Shown piece by piece: positions 23,042 through 33,600 of a stretch of 64,000 nucleotides of DNA (positions are counted from its first letter, which is position 1; every line of letters begins with the position of its first letter). The DNA comes from Macrostomum hystrix. Taxonomy: Eukaryota > Animalia > Platyhelminthes. Location: positions 6,386,001 to 6,450,000 of the forward strand of contig CATNEN010000003.1 in the NCBI GenBank assembly GCA_950097015.1, written 5' to 3'. Position numbers and translations under genes: made by a program. Under the pieces are notes generated by a model that saw nothing but the letters and a program-made list of their open reading frames with translations, was not told the origin of the DNA and searched no databases.

Positions 23042-24296
23042 GTTTTTAATCGACATTTTGAGCATGCACATTTTAACAGCTTTTTACCGTACAGTACTCA
23101 TTACATACATATGGTACATGTACAGCTCTCGATGAGGCTCTCGATGTTTATATGCGCTTTTAATTTTGCGTGATGAAAAATACATTTCAAATTGCTCGCT
23201 CACAAAAAAAAACTCGCTCGTTCGCTCGATCCGCGCTTGTATGTAGTCAAAGCTTGAAAACAGGAGCTTGGAAAGGAGCAGTGCGCCCGCCTTTATAACG
23301 ACGCTGTCAGTCCGAGGACACTCCCGGGCATCTGCAACATCCAATTTATGAGGGCGGAGATTGGAGAATAATTTTACGCAAACAAACCAGAATTAATTTG
23401 CTGGCACATTGTTTGTGCCTATAACCTAATCTTGTTTGAATAATAATACTCAAGCAAAAATAAAAAATGTCCAAAGAATTAGTCACTGCTACAAGTCATG
23501 TCTATTTAAACTCTCGATCAAAATAATTTCTTGCAGAACCCTATTCACGGCCCCTATTAACAGGTCGTTAATTTCGAGCGGAGCGAAGCGGAGCGAGTCT
23601 TTAGGTTTATGATGCCCCGGTAGGTCTGATGTGCCAAACCCCCCCCTTTTTCTCAGCTCGTACCCTACCGATTTTCTTGGGACTTGCGCCATTCGATTCG
23701 TCGTCGAAAATTAGTTTGGGATCACCAAAACAGACTTGCAACATTTCCATTGCTTCCTGCTCAAAATTGAGTATTTCCCTTTCTGAGCTATTTTTAGCAT
23801 CAAGGTCAGAAGTCAGAGCCTTTTTAACTTTCCTTTCCTTCCTTCCTTAAGGAAGGCAGGCTCCACGCAGCACGGGGGCAGTTAATGTACATTGAATTCA
23901 CTGGCCTAGCACAGCAGCGGGCATCAGCCAGCCAGCCACACTAAGGCTCCCGACCTCCCCTTCGCCCCTTAACCAATTGGCCTGCACTTGCCAAAGCCAC
24001 ACACCACTGACACTAAGGAAGGAAGGCTGGCTGCTATTCAATTGTGCAGCACACACCAACCCCAAATCCTTTCGGGCCAGTTAATGTGCATGTGAAGACA
24101 GAAAACACACAACAACCCCACACCACGCCACACAGCACGAAGCAGCCCACATAAGGACCACCACCACTACTGCAGCGACATTGTTAGCTGATATTGTTGT
24201 ACTGACTTAGTATTATAAAATAATAAATTAGTCTATTAAAATGTAAAAATTAAATAAATTAGTCTATTAAAATGTAAAAATTAAATTAGAAACAAA

Positions 24297-25110
24297 ATGA
24301 GCCCTCCGAAGTTTCCAGCTAGTTGTCCAAAATGTGGACTGTTTTGGAAGAAAGGTCGGCAGTCATGCTGTAGGAGAAGCTGCAATTTCAATTTACTCGG
24401 AGGGCTGAAGGGTCCAGAGTTTGGTGCACGAGGAAAGCAATTTGGCGTTCAAGGAAAACAATTTGGTGAAAAAGGGCGTCGTCAGTTTGGACACGAAGGA
24501 CGTGACTTCGGATTGCTCGTCGGTCGTCGGGTTGCAAGTAAGTTTGTGTTTTTATACTTTCACCACACAAGAGATTAGGGTCCGAGACCCGATGATATAT
24601 TTAATTTCTCTATAACGTTCTACACATGCTCCAGGGAATTCTTCTTCTGCTTCACCTCTGCCTATTTCGCGGCCAAACACGCGTTACGTTTGCTTTGCAA
24701 ACAGTGCGCTCACCAGTCTGATATCCGGCACTGTCCTGGGCCAGTTGGCATCTGACATCGGAGAGCAAGCTACTGCCACGAATGTCGAGTTATTATTGGC
24801 GAATTGTAGCAGATCAGGACAAGAGCAGAATGTGCATCGACTCATCAATGCAGTGGCTGCGGTAGGTGCAGCGGGTCCGCAATTCGTTGTTGGTGAGTTT
24901 GGTGATTGTGCAGAATTTTTGTCGGCTTTGTTGCAGCATCTGGCTGTTGGAACTAGGAGTGATGCTGTACGCCATTTGTTTGAGCTGCCAATTTTTATCA
25001 GGTGTGATACCTGCTTATCAGTGCCATATGAAGGCCGACATTTACTGCTTTCATTGCCAGTGCCTTCGACAGCCAATAGTATGACACTGCAGGATTTAAT
25101 TGTCAGATAG
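24297..25110 (+). CDS. N-terminal part of the element ORF (exons 24297-24537, 24635-25110): Cys-rich head, GKQFG-like repeats and USP/C19 Cys box; ends at an in-frame TAG
   Basis: Donor A|gtaagt at 24538 and acceptor ccag|GG at 24634 join in frame with ORF 24745..25110. Motifs PNTRYVCFANSAL, GDCAEFL, CDTC, LSLP. Confidence 0.7.
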
Positions 25111-28100
25111 ATGACGATTTCTGTCGCACAGCAATGTTGCCCCAATGCCCAGCCAAATTTGGAATTTAACCAAGCACCTAAGCACATAGTAGTTGAGCTG
25201 TCGCGCATTACTGAGTCATTAGAGCCCGTGCGGTCATTAGTAAACTTAGTCGCTGAATTTAGAATTGGAAATCGAGTCTATTATCCTACAGCAGTAGTGC
25301 ATCAAACCGGAAGCCAGCAGCTTGGTACATCACACTTTTTCTGTGATGTGTACAACAACGATTCCTGGTATCGATGTAATGATTTCTCTGTCACATCCAT
25401 CAGCAAGGAAGAAGTTGGCCTCGGCGGCAGAACCTGCTGTCTTTTGATTCTCACAGCTGATCTACACTCATCTCCTTTCTCTGCTAACGTTCAGCAAGTG
25501 CGTTTTAGTAATGCCGCTACTACAAGTGTTCACGCAGATCCACCGGATGCTGCTTCAGCCTCTACGAGTGTTCCCGTGGATTCACCATATGCTGCTTCTG
25601 GTGAAGCTGGTAATGCCTCGCAAGATGCAGCTCCTTTTTGCTCACAGATTTACGACGATGCGCAGCTTCCGTCACGGGCACAACATGCAGCCAACGACAA
25701 CGAAGAGGTTGGTACCAACTCCACCCCCCAGAGGCCTTCTGTGTATGATGAATGGATGATGCAGAAATCGCTACAACCGACATTCAATGATTTCATAGAA
25801 TATCGGCAAATGGAGTTCGACGCGATGCGGTTGCATGCTGATGCTGTCGATTTTAAGAGCTACTTACCAGACTTCAACCCATTTTTGGGCTTAGGAATTA
25901 AATTTGACGCCAATATTGCCGAATACGCGACTTGGAAAAAGTGCAAAGTTTGTGAACGACAGTGGCCCAATCTTGATGTAGACAATAATGGAAAGTGTAA
26001 ATATTGCAGAGTTCCAGACACCCCACTATTTTCACCAGCCAATGGATTCAGTCTGGAAGATGTGCCCCCTGACCTGAATGATCTGACATGCGTGGAGCAA
26101 GCTTTGATCTCGCGGCTGCATATTGTGAAAACGGTATATCTACTGCGTGGATCTTCATGTAACTTAAGCCGTGGTCATTCTATTGCATTTGAGCAGGATG
26201 TGCAAGGGTTTATTAATCGCTTGCCCTGCAGTGCAGCCAACCTGCCTTTCCTCGTGGTGCGGATGCCTGGAACCTGTGTAACCAAGGTTAAAGACTTTCG
26301 AGTAAGGCGACATCGTGTGCTACGAGCACTAAATTGGTTGCGCTTAAATAACCCAGAGTATAAATCTATCGAAATTGACGACCACTTACTTAACACCCTT
26401 CCCGAAGATGGCTGCATTGATGAAGTGCCGCACATTGATATTGGAGTTGAAAATTCAGCCGACTCCGGTCCCAAAGACAGTTCCGACGATATTCATATCG
26501 ATCGGAGTGCCGCTCAGCCAGGTGGGGATTTCTCGGGTCTACGTCAAGAGAAGTTGATTCTAAGAGCTTTGCAGAACATTTCCGTTCCGTACCCAGCTGT
26601 CGGATCACATGCAGTGCAAGAGAAAACCCCTGGCTACTTTACTTGTGCTTTTCCTTGCCTCTTTCCTTACGGCCGATGCGACATCACTCGCAGTGGGCGC
26701 TTGAAACAGCCACAGCTGACAACAGGCACTTATCAGAAATACTTTCAGTTTCTTGTACAGCTCGACAGAAGATTTGCACAGCATCACCTGTTTCCGTTTG
26801 TGGCTGCAAACATGCTGCAGCGTCATCAGGCAATGCAGATCGGTGGAGTGTTCTGCGATCGTGCTGTTGCTGGACTTTCGGCTGAGGAACTGGCTCGACG
26901 TTATCAAAATGGAGACCGAAGTATCATTAACAAGCTGTCACATTTTGCATCTGTAATAAAAGGTAGTCCATCTTACTTTCAACAGATGGCTCGGAAATCT
27001 CTTTCGTACTGTGCCTACAATAGAATTCGTGGCGATCAAATGTTCAACGTTTTCATGACTTTGTCGGCTGCAGATCTGCAATGGAAGGATTTACATCTTA
27101 TTTTAGACAGGGAAAATAATTATGTAGATAAGAACGTGATCCGTCTCGGCGTAGGTGACACGCTGCCTCATGGCAGTCTGGATGCTAAGTCGGATATGGC
27201 GATGCGCATGAATCTGCGAAACAATTCTGATGTGGCTGACTGGTTTTTCTGCGAAAAAGTGCGACACTTCATGAAGCACGTGATTCGTCCTGCATTCGGC
27301 GTCATTGATTTTATTATTCGGTACGAGTATCAATTCAGGGGATCTGTGCATGCTCATATCCTGCTGCAGGTCCCAAATGCTGTGACCGCTGCGGATCTCA
27401 AACTGGCATCGTTACTTTGGAAGCAGCATGCTGGCATGGTAAATTATAACGACGATGAGTCTACGGCCATTCATGAAAGCAAATTGCGATACGAAAAATT
27501 CACGATGTTGATGGGGGTCAGAGCGGTTCATCCGGAGTGCAATGTGAAGCAGTGGCCGCCTCCATTGGGAGAAAATTTTCAGGAACCTCCAGTCAATTGC
27601 CTTCGAATGCGCTATTCAGATGTCGCTGCCAGTGCCAAGGAGCGTTCTGCACTAAAAGACGTTTTGCGTCATGACTACACTCTCTTAACAAACCGAACCC
27701 TGCTTCATGACTGCCGGAAGGGCAAGTCGTCCTGCTTTAAACATAATAGTGATAAGTGCCGTTTTCAGTTTCCTCGTGATTTGGTCGATTATTTTCTTTG
27801 GCCCTGCAATTCTGGCGTTCGTGAAGGAGAATCCAAACCAGAAACTTTTTATCGTAGAGGAGGTACGCACAGTAACATAGTTTTTGACCGGAGTGGGATG
27901 CTTGTAATTCGTAATCACCCTTTCGTTGTTTCACACGTGCCAGAATTAGCGCAAATTTTCAGAAGCAACGTTGATGTCCAGTTGGTGCAATCTTATTCGT
28001 CGCTGCTAAAGTACCTCATGAAGTACACCCTGAAAGGCGAAGGAAGCTCAGATGCATTTTCCGTTATTACTGCCGACGTGCTGAAAAGTTCAAGTAGTGC

Positions 28101-30510
28101 ACTGGATAAAACACGCGCATCTGTGTACCAGAAGCTGCTGATTCAGTGGACTGGAAAGCGCGACTACTCAATGCAAGAAGCATTTCACCTAATATTTAAC
28201 CAACACTTTGTTGAATTCGGACGCGAATTTCGTACGGTCAGCTTGGGTGGTAAGAAACTTCTAGCAAAGAACTCAATTGATTGGGCAGAACTTTACTGGA
28301 GCAAAGACGAAGACCCAAACTTTTTTAATCTCTTGCAAGCTTTTATCAGTGGAGATGTTACTACGGACCCTCGGCTTGTCACATTGTATGAATTTGTGAG
28401 TAGCTACAGTTCCAAGTGGAGGCCACTAGGCAGTGGTGAACGAGGTTCGCACAACACTGCCTACATTCCACATGTGGTGCCTTCAATTGTCAAAGCACCC
28501 GTGAAAGGCTCGCCACAGTATAAACAATTCTGCTGGCAGCAGCTGATTCTGCACCTACCGGGTGCCAAGCCAAGCGAATTAGAAATCGATACAGCCGATG
28601 TGATGCTCGCTGAATTCGTCAAAAACAACTCGAGGTGTCCATCTTATGTTAAGGAACAGTTCTATCAACTTCAGCTGCCGCAGAGGGGACCTAAGAAGGT
28701 TGTCGACGACATTGCAGAAAGAATTATCAATTGTCGTGACGACTCCAATGAAGCTGAACTCGTTCCCGATGATCTTCCCGTGCCAAATAATCTGATTTTC
28801 CAGGCGGACTGGACTGGTGTGCATAGGAATAATCCAAACGAAGAGCTTCAGGTTGACTCCGACGATGAACAAGAGGAGCTGGAAAAAATGGCTCGAGCAT
28901 CTGATTACGCTTGCTGCAATAGAAGGCTCTCTCTTCAGCAAATTGAAGCTGGTGTTCATTGGTTGAAGAATACAACTAAACAGTATAACCAGATTGGTGA
29001 TAAAGCAAAAGTTACCGATGATGTCCACATGATTGACCCAAATTCGCTTAACGTAAAGCAGAGACAGATTTTTACATATATTACACAAAAACTCGATGAA
29101 TATGTCCGTTGCATTGTTGATCTGCAGAGTGAATGGCCTAAACCTATTTATGTTGACATTTCTGGAGCTGCTGGTTGTGGCAAGTCATTCACATTGAAGT
29201 GCATTCTTCAACATCTTACAGAAAGTTTGCGTCAGAGAAGCTCTGCTTCCTTGAATGACAGCTCTGTGGCTCAAGTTGCTGCCTACTCAGGCTGCGCAGC
29301 AAATCTTATTGGTGGTTGCACGCTTCATAGCCTGTTGAGCTTGCCACTGAAGCCTAAAAATATCCAACCGTTATCAGCAGAGCAGCTAGTGCGTTTGCAA
29401 GCGCAGCATAAAAATTTGCGCATGCTGTTCATTGACGAGAAAAGCATGATGGGTAAATTAGCTTTTGCATGCATTGATCATCGGTTGAGAGAGCTTTTTC
29501 CAGCCAATGCAACAAAGCCTTTTGGTGGGATTTCCATCGTTCTGTTGGGTGACTGGTGTCAACTACCGCCTGTGAAGGACACTCCGTTGTTTGCTGAAAA
29601 CCCAAAATACGCCACCAAGATGCACTCTGATGCTACTATTCTCTTCGAGCTTTTCACAGACTGTTTTGAATTAGCTGTCAATGAGAGACAAACGGGCCAG
29701 TCAGAGTTGCAGTTTCGCGATGAATTACAGCGGCTTCGTGATGGCACGTTTACAATTGCCGACTACAGGCATTGGCAGGAGAGACTATTCAACTCTGTTG
29801 CTGTAGATGAGCAGCTGGAATTTGCTGGAGCCACGCACATTTGCATGGTGAATTCTGTCAAGAATGTATGCAATCGAACAGCACTGATTTCAATGCAGGA
29901 GCCTATCATTGGAATTCATTCTTTTAACAGCCGAGGAACTGTGCGCATCGAAGGACTAAGTAATAAACTTTATCTGGCAGTTGGAGCCCAGGTCATGTTG
30001 ACACGCAACATCTGGGTTACTGCTGGTCTGACGAATGGAAGTGAAGGCATAGTGTACGACATCTGTTATCTTCCTGGACGCAGCCCTCCCGATCTGCCTG
30101 ATGTCATTGTCGTGTGTTTTCCTGGATTCTCTGGACCTCCATTCCTGCCTGAAATTGCTCACTCTGTCGCTCTAGTCCCAGTGACGAGCGTGGCAGACGA
30201 TGACACCAACGTCAGATATAGGAAGCAGTTTCCTCTAAAGCTTTCCTTTGCAATGTCAGTACACAAGGCTCAGGGAAAAACGTTGGAGAAGGCAATTTTA
30301 CACCTGGATCGCAGAGAGTTCACACCCGGTCTGTTGTACACTGCCTGCACTCGGACTCGCAGAATACAGGATCTGCTGTTCATGTCTCTGCCGCCTTTCA
30401 TAGTATTCCAGCAAATGGCCCAATCGTCTTCGTTCAGGCTTCGACGAATGGTGTTCGAGCAATTTCACCAACGTTGCAGGATTACAGCGGAACGTCTGCA
30501 ACAGCTTTAA
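25111..30510 (+). CDS. Helitron-type Rep (HUH Y2) / PIF1 helicase protein, preceded by the C-terminal half of the USP domain
   Basis: USP His box (AVVHQTG..GTSHFF..WYRCND). DUF6570-like RVRRHRVLRALNWL..NPEY, FPCLFPYG. Rep motifs FMTLSAAD, EYQFRGSVHAH, YLMKYTLKGE. Helicase motifs GAAGCGKS, FIDEKSM, FGGISIVLLGDWCQLPPV, QFPLKLSFAMSVHKAQGKTL. Confidence 0.93.
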   Translation: MTISVAQQCCPNAQPNLEFNQAPKHIVVELSRITESLEPVRSLVNLVAEFRIGNRVYYPTAVVHQTGSQQLGTSHFFCDVYNNDSWYRCNDFSVTSISKEEVGLGGRTCCLLILTADLHSSPFSANVQQVRFSNAATTSVHADPPDAASASTSVPVDSPYAASGEAGNASQDAAPFCSQIYDDAQLPSRAQHAANDNEEVGTNSTPQRPSVYDEWMMQKSLQPTFNDFIEYRQMEFDAMRLHADAVDFKSYLPDFNPFLGLGIKFDANIAEYATWKKCKVCERQWPNLDVDNNGKCKYCRVPDTPLFSPANGFSLEDVPPDLNDLTCVEQALISRLHIVKTVYLLRGSSCNLSRGHSIAFEQDVQGFINRLPCSAANLPFLVVRMPGTCVTKVKDFRVRRHRVLRALNWLRLNNPEYKSIEIDDHLLNTLPEDGCIDEVPHIDIGVENSADSGPKDSSDDIHIDRSAAQPGGDFSGLRQEKLILRALQNISVPYPAVGSHAVQEKTPGYFTCAFPCLFPYGRCDITRSGRLKQPQLTTGTYQKYFQFLVQLDRRFAQHHLFPFVAANMLQRHQAMQIGGVFCDRAVAGLSAEELARRYQNGDRSIINKLSHFASVIKGSPSYFQQMARKSLSYCAYNRIRGDQMFNVFMTLSAADLQWKDLHLILDRENNYVDKNVIRLGVGDTLPHGSLDAKSDMAMRMNLRNNSDVADWFFCEKVRHFMKHVIRPAFGVIDFIIRYEYQFRGSVHAHILLQVPNAVTAADLKLASLLWKQHAGMVNYNDDESTAIHESKLRYEKFTMLMGVRAVHPECNVKQWPPPLGENFQEPPVNCLRMRYSDVAASAKERSALKDVLRHDYTLLTNRTLLHDCRKGKSSCFKHNSDKCRFQFPRDLVDYFLWPCNSGVREGESKPETFYRRGGTHSNIVFDRSGMLVIRNHPFVVSHVPELAQIFRSNVDVQLVQSYSSLLKYLMKYTLKGEGSSDAFSVITADVLKSSSSALDKTRASVYQKLLIQWTGKRDYSMQEAFHLIFNQHFVEFGREFRTVSLGGKKLLAKNSIDWAELYWSKDEDPNFFNLLQAFISGDVTTDPRLVTLYEFVSSYSSKWRPLGSGERGSHNTAYIPHVVPSIVKAPVKGSPQYKQFCWQQLILHLPGAKPSELEIDTADVMLAEFVKNNSRCPSYVKEQFYQLQLPQRGPKKVVDDIAERIINCRDDSNEAELVPDDLPVPNNLIFQADWTGVHRNNPNEELQVDSDDEQEELEKMARASDYACCNRRLSLQQIEAGVHWLKNTTKQYNQIGDKAKVTDDVHMIDPNSLNVKQRQIFTYITQKLDEYVRCIVDLQSEWPKPIYVDISGAAGCGKSFTLKCILQHLTESLRQRSSASLNDSSVAQVAAYSGCAANLIGGCTLHSLLSLPLKPKNIQPLSAEQLVRLQAQHKNLRMLFIDEKSMMGKLAFACIDHRLRELFPANATKPFGGISIVLLGDWCQLPPVKDTPLFAENPKYATKMHSDATILFELFTDCFELAVNERQTGQSELQFRDELQRLRDGTFTIADYRHWQERLFNSVAVDEQLEFAGATHICMVNSVKNVCNRTALISMQEPIIGIHSFNSRGTVRIEGLSNKLYLAVGAQVMLTRNIWVTAGLTNGSEGIVYDICYLPGRSPPDLPDVIVVCFPGFSGPPFLPEIAHSVALVPVTSVADDDTNVRYRKQFPLKLSFAMSVHKAQGKTLEKAILHLDRREFTPGLLYTACTRTRRIQDLLFMSLPPFIVFQQMAQSSSFRLRRMVFEQFHQRCRITAERLQQL

Positions 30511-33084
30511 AGTGAGCATTTTTATTCCTTTTGAACGCTGTCCAGGATTTTAGCTTTTGAGGCGCTCATGGAATGTGGGGTCGGGTCGCCATGAATTCAG
30601 TTAACTCACGAATTACTACCTTGGCTTCCTCATACTTCTCTCGTATTTATTTCAATTGGTGAAACTACTGTAGTCGTCATTCCTCGCGAACTACAGGCAC
30701 TCATCAGCAGCAGCAGCAGCATCACTATGGTCAGCCGAACAAACAGCACCCGACAGTTGCACGGTGTTAAGCAGGACTCTGAACTGATTCTCAGACAGTG
30801 CTTTCGACCAGCTAATAAGGCCCGACTGACTGACTTGCAATTCGACCTGATGACCAAGGCTCTGGATAGCTGGATGTCTATGTCTATGACTATGACTAAA
30901 TTACTATGAAAATGACACTGACTTTGACTATTAACGCTGACTATGACTATGGCCATGTATACACAACTCTAAACCTATTTGCACTATTTGCAATCTTTAT
31001 GATAGGTGGCTAATGAGATTATTGAGTCCATCCCATTCCCAAATGGGGAAAGATCTGTCACTTCTGTCATAGCTGTCAGGGGAACTATCGTAATGCAGTT
31101 CCTCACGCTCCGCTCGTTTTTTTATTTCAATTGGTGAAACAATTGAAATAACTTCAGTGTATGCTATTTATCAACTTAAAGTGATCTGCTTCACTGCGAA
31201 TCTCGCTCCACTCCAAATCAGTGGGCCACCCAAATCATATTTCTAATACTAATACTAATAGGGCGTCTAGACTAAATTTAAAGTTTTTTGAAGTTCAGTT
31301 ATCTTAAAAGTCTAATCAGTTAGACTTAACTAGTGACTAAGGTCCAGATGCGCGCGCGCCCGCCAAACTGGTTGCCACTAAGTCAAGCGTAATTTAAGCA
31401 AATATTTTATACATGATTAATACAAAACTTTGGTACGAAAATGCAGTATATATGAGACGACTTTGAATAATTATATTATAATAACAATTTACAACAAAAA
31501 TTTTGACTTCAATACCAATTAAAAATATAATAACGATTTCATTACAATATTGCAGTTATTAAAAAATGCTAACAAGCTCAAAAGGTTACAACATGCATTT
31601 TACATAATTTTTTTCCTGCTTATGTCCTAACGACATCGGTTCCATTTTCAAACAAGAAGGCTCGACATCATTTTTCGAAATATTATTGTAGTTTGTCTAG
31701 ATGATGACCTTCTTCAATTTGCAAGTAACAACTAACAATTAATAGTAAACTTTTAGACTAAAATTCCCATGTATAGCTGTCGATATACATGTTACATAGA
31801 ATTCAAAGCAGGTCTTGTACCTAACTAAAATGTAACGCTTTGAATCTAATTAATAAAAAAACTTTTTTGAATCGACTAGCTTACTTATTAGATATAATTA
31901 ATTTAATTTCTTACTGGTTTTAAGGCTCCAAAAGACAAAACAAAAACAAGCAAAACAAAACAAAAATATTGAAATAGAACCCATTTTAGGCCTATATATA
32001 TTTCTGACTGAATTCAGAATAAATTGGCAAATTCACTCTTCATTTAGCTATTTCTAATCATTTTTACCTAGGGCCTACCTAACATTTTTGCCCCTATGCC
32101 ACCTACTCTTAATCTTAATATATTCTCTTGAGAATAAATCCCTATTGGAATAAATTTTCTTATCCTATGGACACTGACATTTAGGATGGGTTTATAAGCA
32201 TTATTTAAACATTTCAAAGTTGTGTTGTGTAGTGCATAAGTTTAACCAAATTTTGTAGTAGATGGTTGTACACGATTCACTCAGTTATTCTAATAATTAA
32301 TAGGGAGAATAAATTAGGGCCTAGCCTATCTGCTTTTTACCCTATTTACTTTTTAGCAACCCATGTTAGCCTTTCTGTTGCCAAACAATCAATTGCTTTC
32401 ACAAAAAATCACATTGTTTCTTGATCAATCTGATCTGATATAGTTCATGACCCTTGGCCCTTAGACCCATGTGGGCCTATCTAAATTTGTGGCTAATCCT
32501 AATATGATGATAATAACTTAATGATAAACATTAACTTATCTAAAAATATGTAGACTGTGGTTTATAGGCAAATAGGCATATCCTAATAAATATATATTCA
32601 TTATTTTATATTTTTAGGCTCCAGTTCAATAAAGATATTGAACTTGCTGTATATTTCAAATGAACTTATTTGTTGCTGGCCTTCTGATTTATCATAGCCC
32701 TATAATCAATGTGTAGGCCTATGGCTAATTTAATATTCTAACTTTATGCTCACAACATGCTAGGGTAATGTATCATCAACCAAACAGTGTATCTTCAAAA
32801 CCAAACAAGAATTTTGACTCCTTCCTTGGTCTTGTGCAAGACAGAAACAAGCTATTGTATTTCACAGAACAACTATTTTGAATATCAATGAAATTATTTA
32901 TACAAGCTAAGGCATGAAATGTGCCAATGAAGCAATAAAAGGAAAGAAAGATATGGATGTTTCAGTAGAAATTTTTATCACAAAAGCATACTTTTTAACA
33001 GCATCTTTTCAGCATGTACTTTAGACTAAGATTGTATGTGGTTGCTTTCCAATTAAATTACCATAAATGTAGTTATTTATAGAT

Positions 33085-33600
33085 AATAATGCCACCAAAG
33101 TTGTAGGGCTTTCTGAGAATTGGTTTCTGAGAAAAATTGTACAAACATTTTTGGGTAACATATTTATTAGTTAGTCTACTTGTGTATTTAGTCTGGTAGT
33201 GTATTTAGTTAGTCAATGTAATATATTTAGTTATTGTAGTAGTATATTGTTTTTTTTGGGTAGCATATTTAGGGAGTCTAGCTGATTTTATTTATCACAT
33301 GTATGTATTTCTGAGCATAGGCTCTCCAAAGATTGTTATTAATGATTTCACTTGTACAGCAATATTTTCTACTTCCCTCTCTTGAACTCCTTAGTATTCA
33401 TCTCTATATGTTGATAAATAATTGAGGAGCACCTGTTATTATTATATACAAACTTGGTATAAAACCACAAGTTGTTTTTCCTCCTTCTAATGTCATAGTA
33501 TTTATAGTTTTTTAAGTCAATATAGCAGACAATTTATAACAATAATTTATCATATGGTAAAACAAAGGTTTGCATTTAAACAAATAAAAATTGTTTTCAA
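33085..33600 (-). repeat. Dispersed repeat, copy 2 (homologous to 7500-8090)
   Basis: Same motif order and alignable core as copy 1. Confidence 0.7.

Larger units (their letters stand above)
23568..31153 (+). mobile_element. Helentron/Helitron2-type rolling-circle transposon, apparently full length (~7.6 kb)
   Basis: Sub-terminal inverted repeats CGAGCGGAGCG (23575-23585) and CGCTCCGCTCG (31106-31116). 3' 12-bp hairpin TTATTTCAATTG-gtgaaa-CAATTGAAATAA (31122-31151). T-rich ends and an internal Rep-helicase ORF. Confidence 0.85.

Noticed and set aside
31350-31382. E2F-like site (TTTGGCGG on the minus strand) as an Acinus promoter
   Set aside because: Single short motif nearly 4 kb from the first identified exon, with no TSS evidence.
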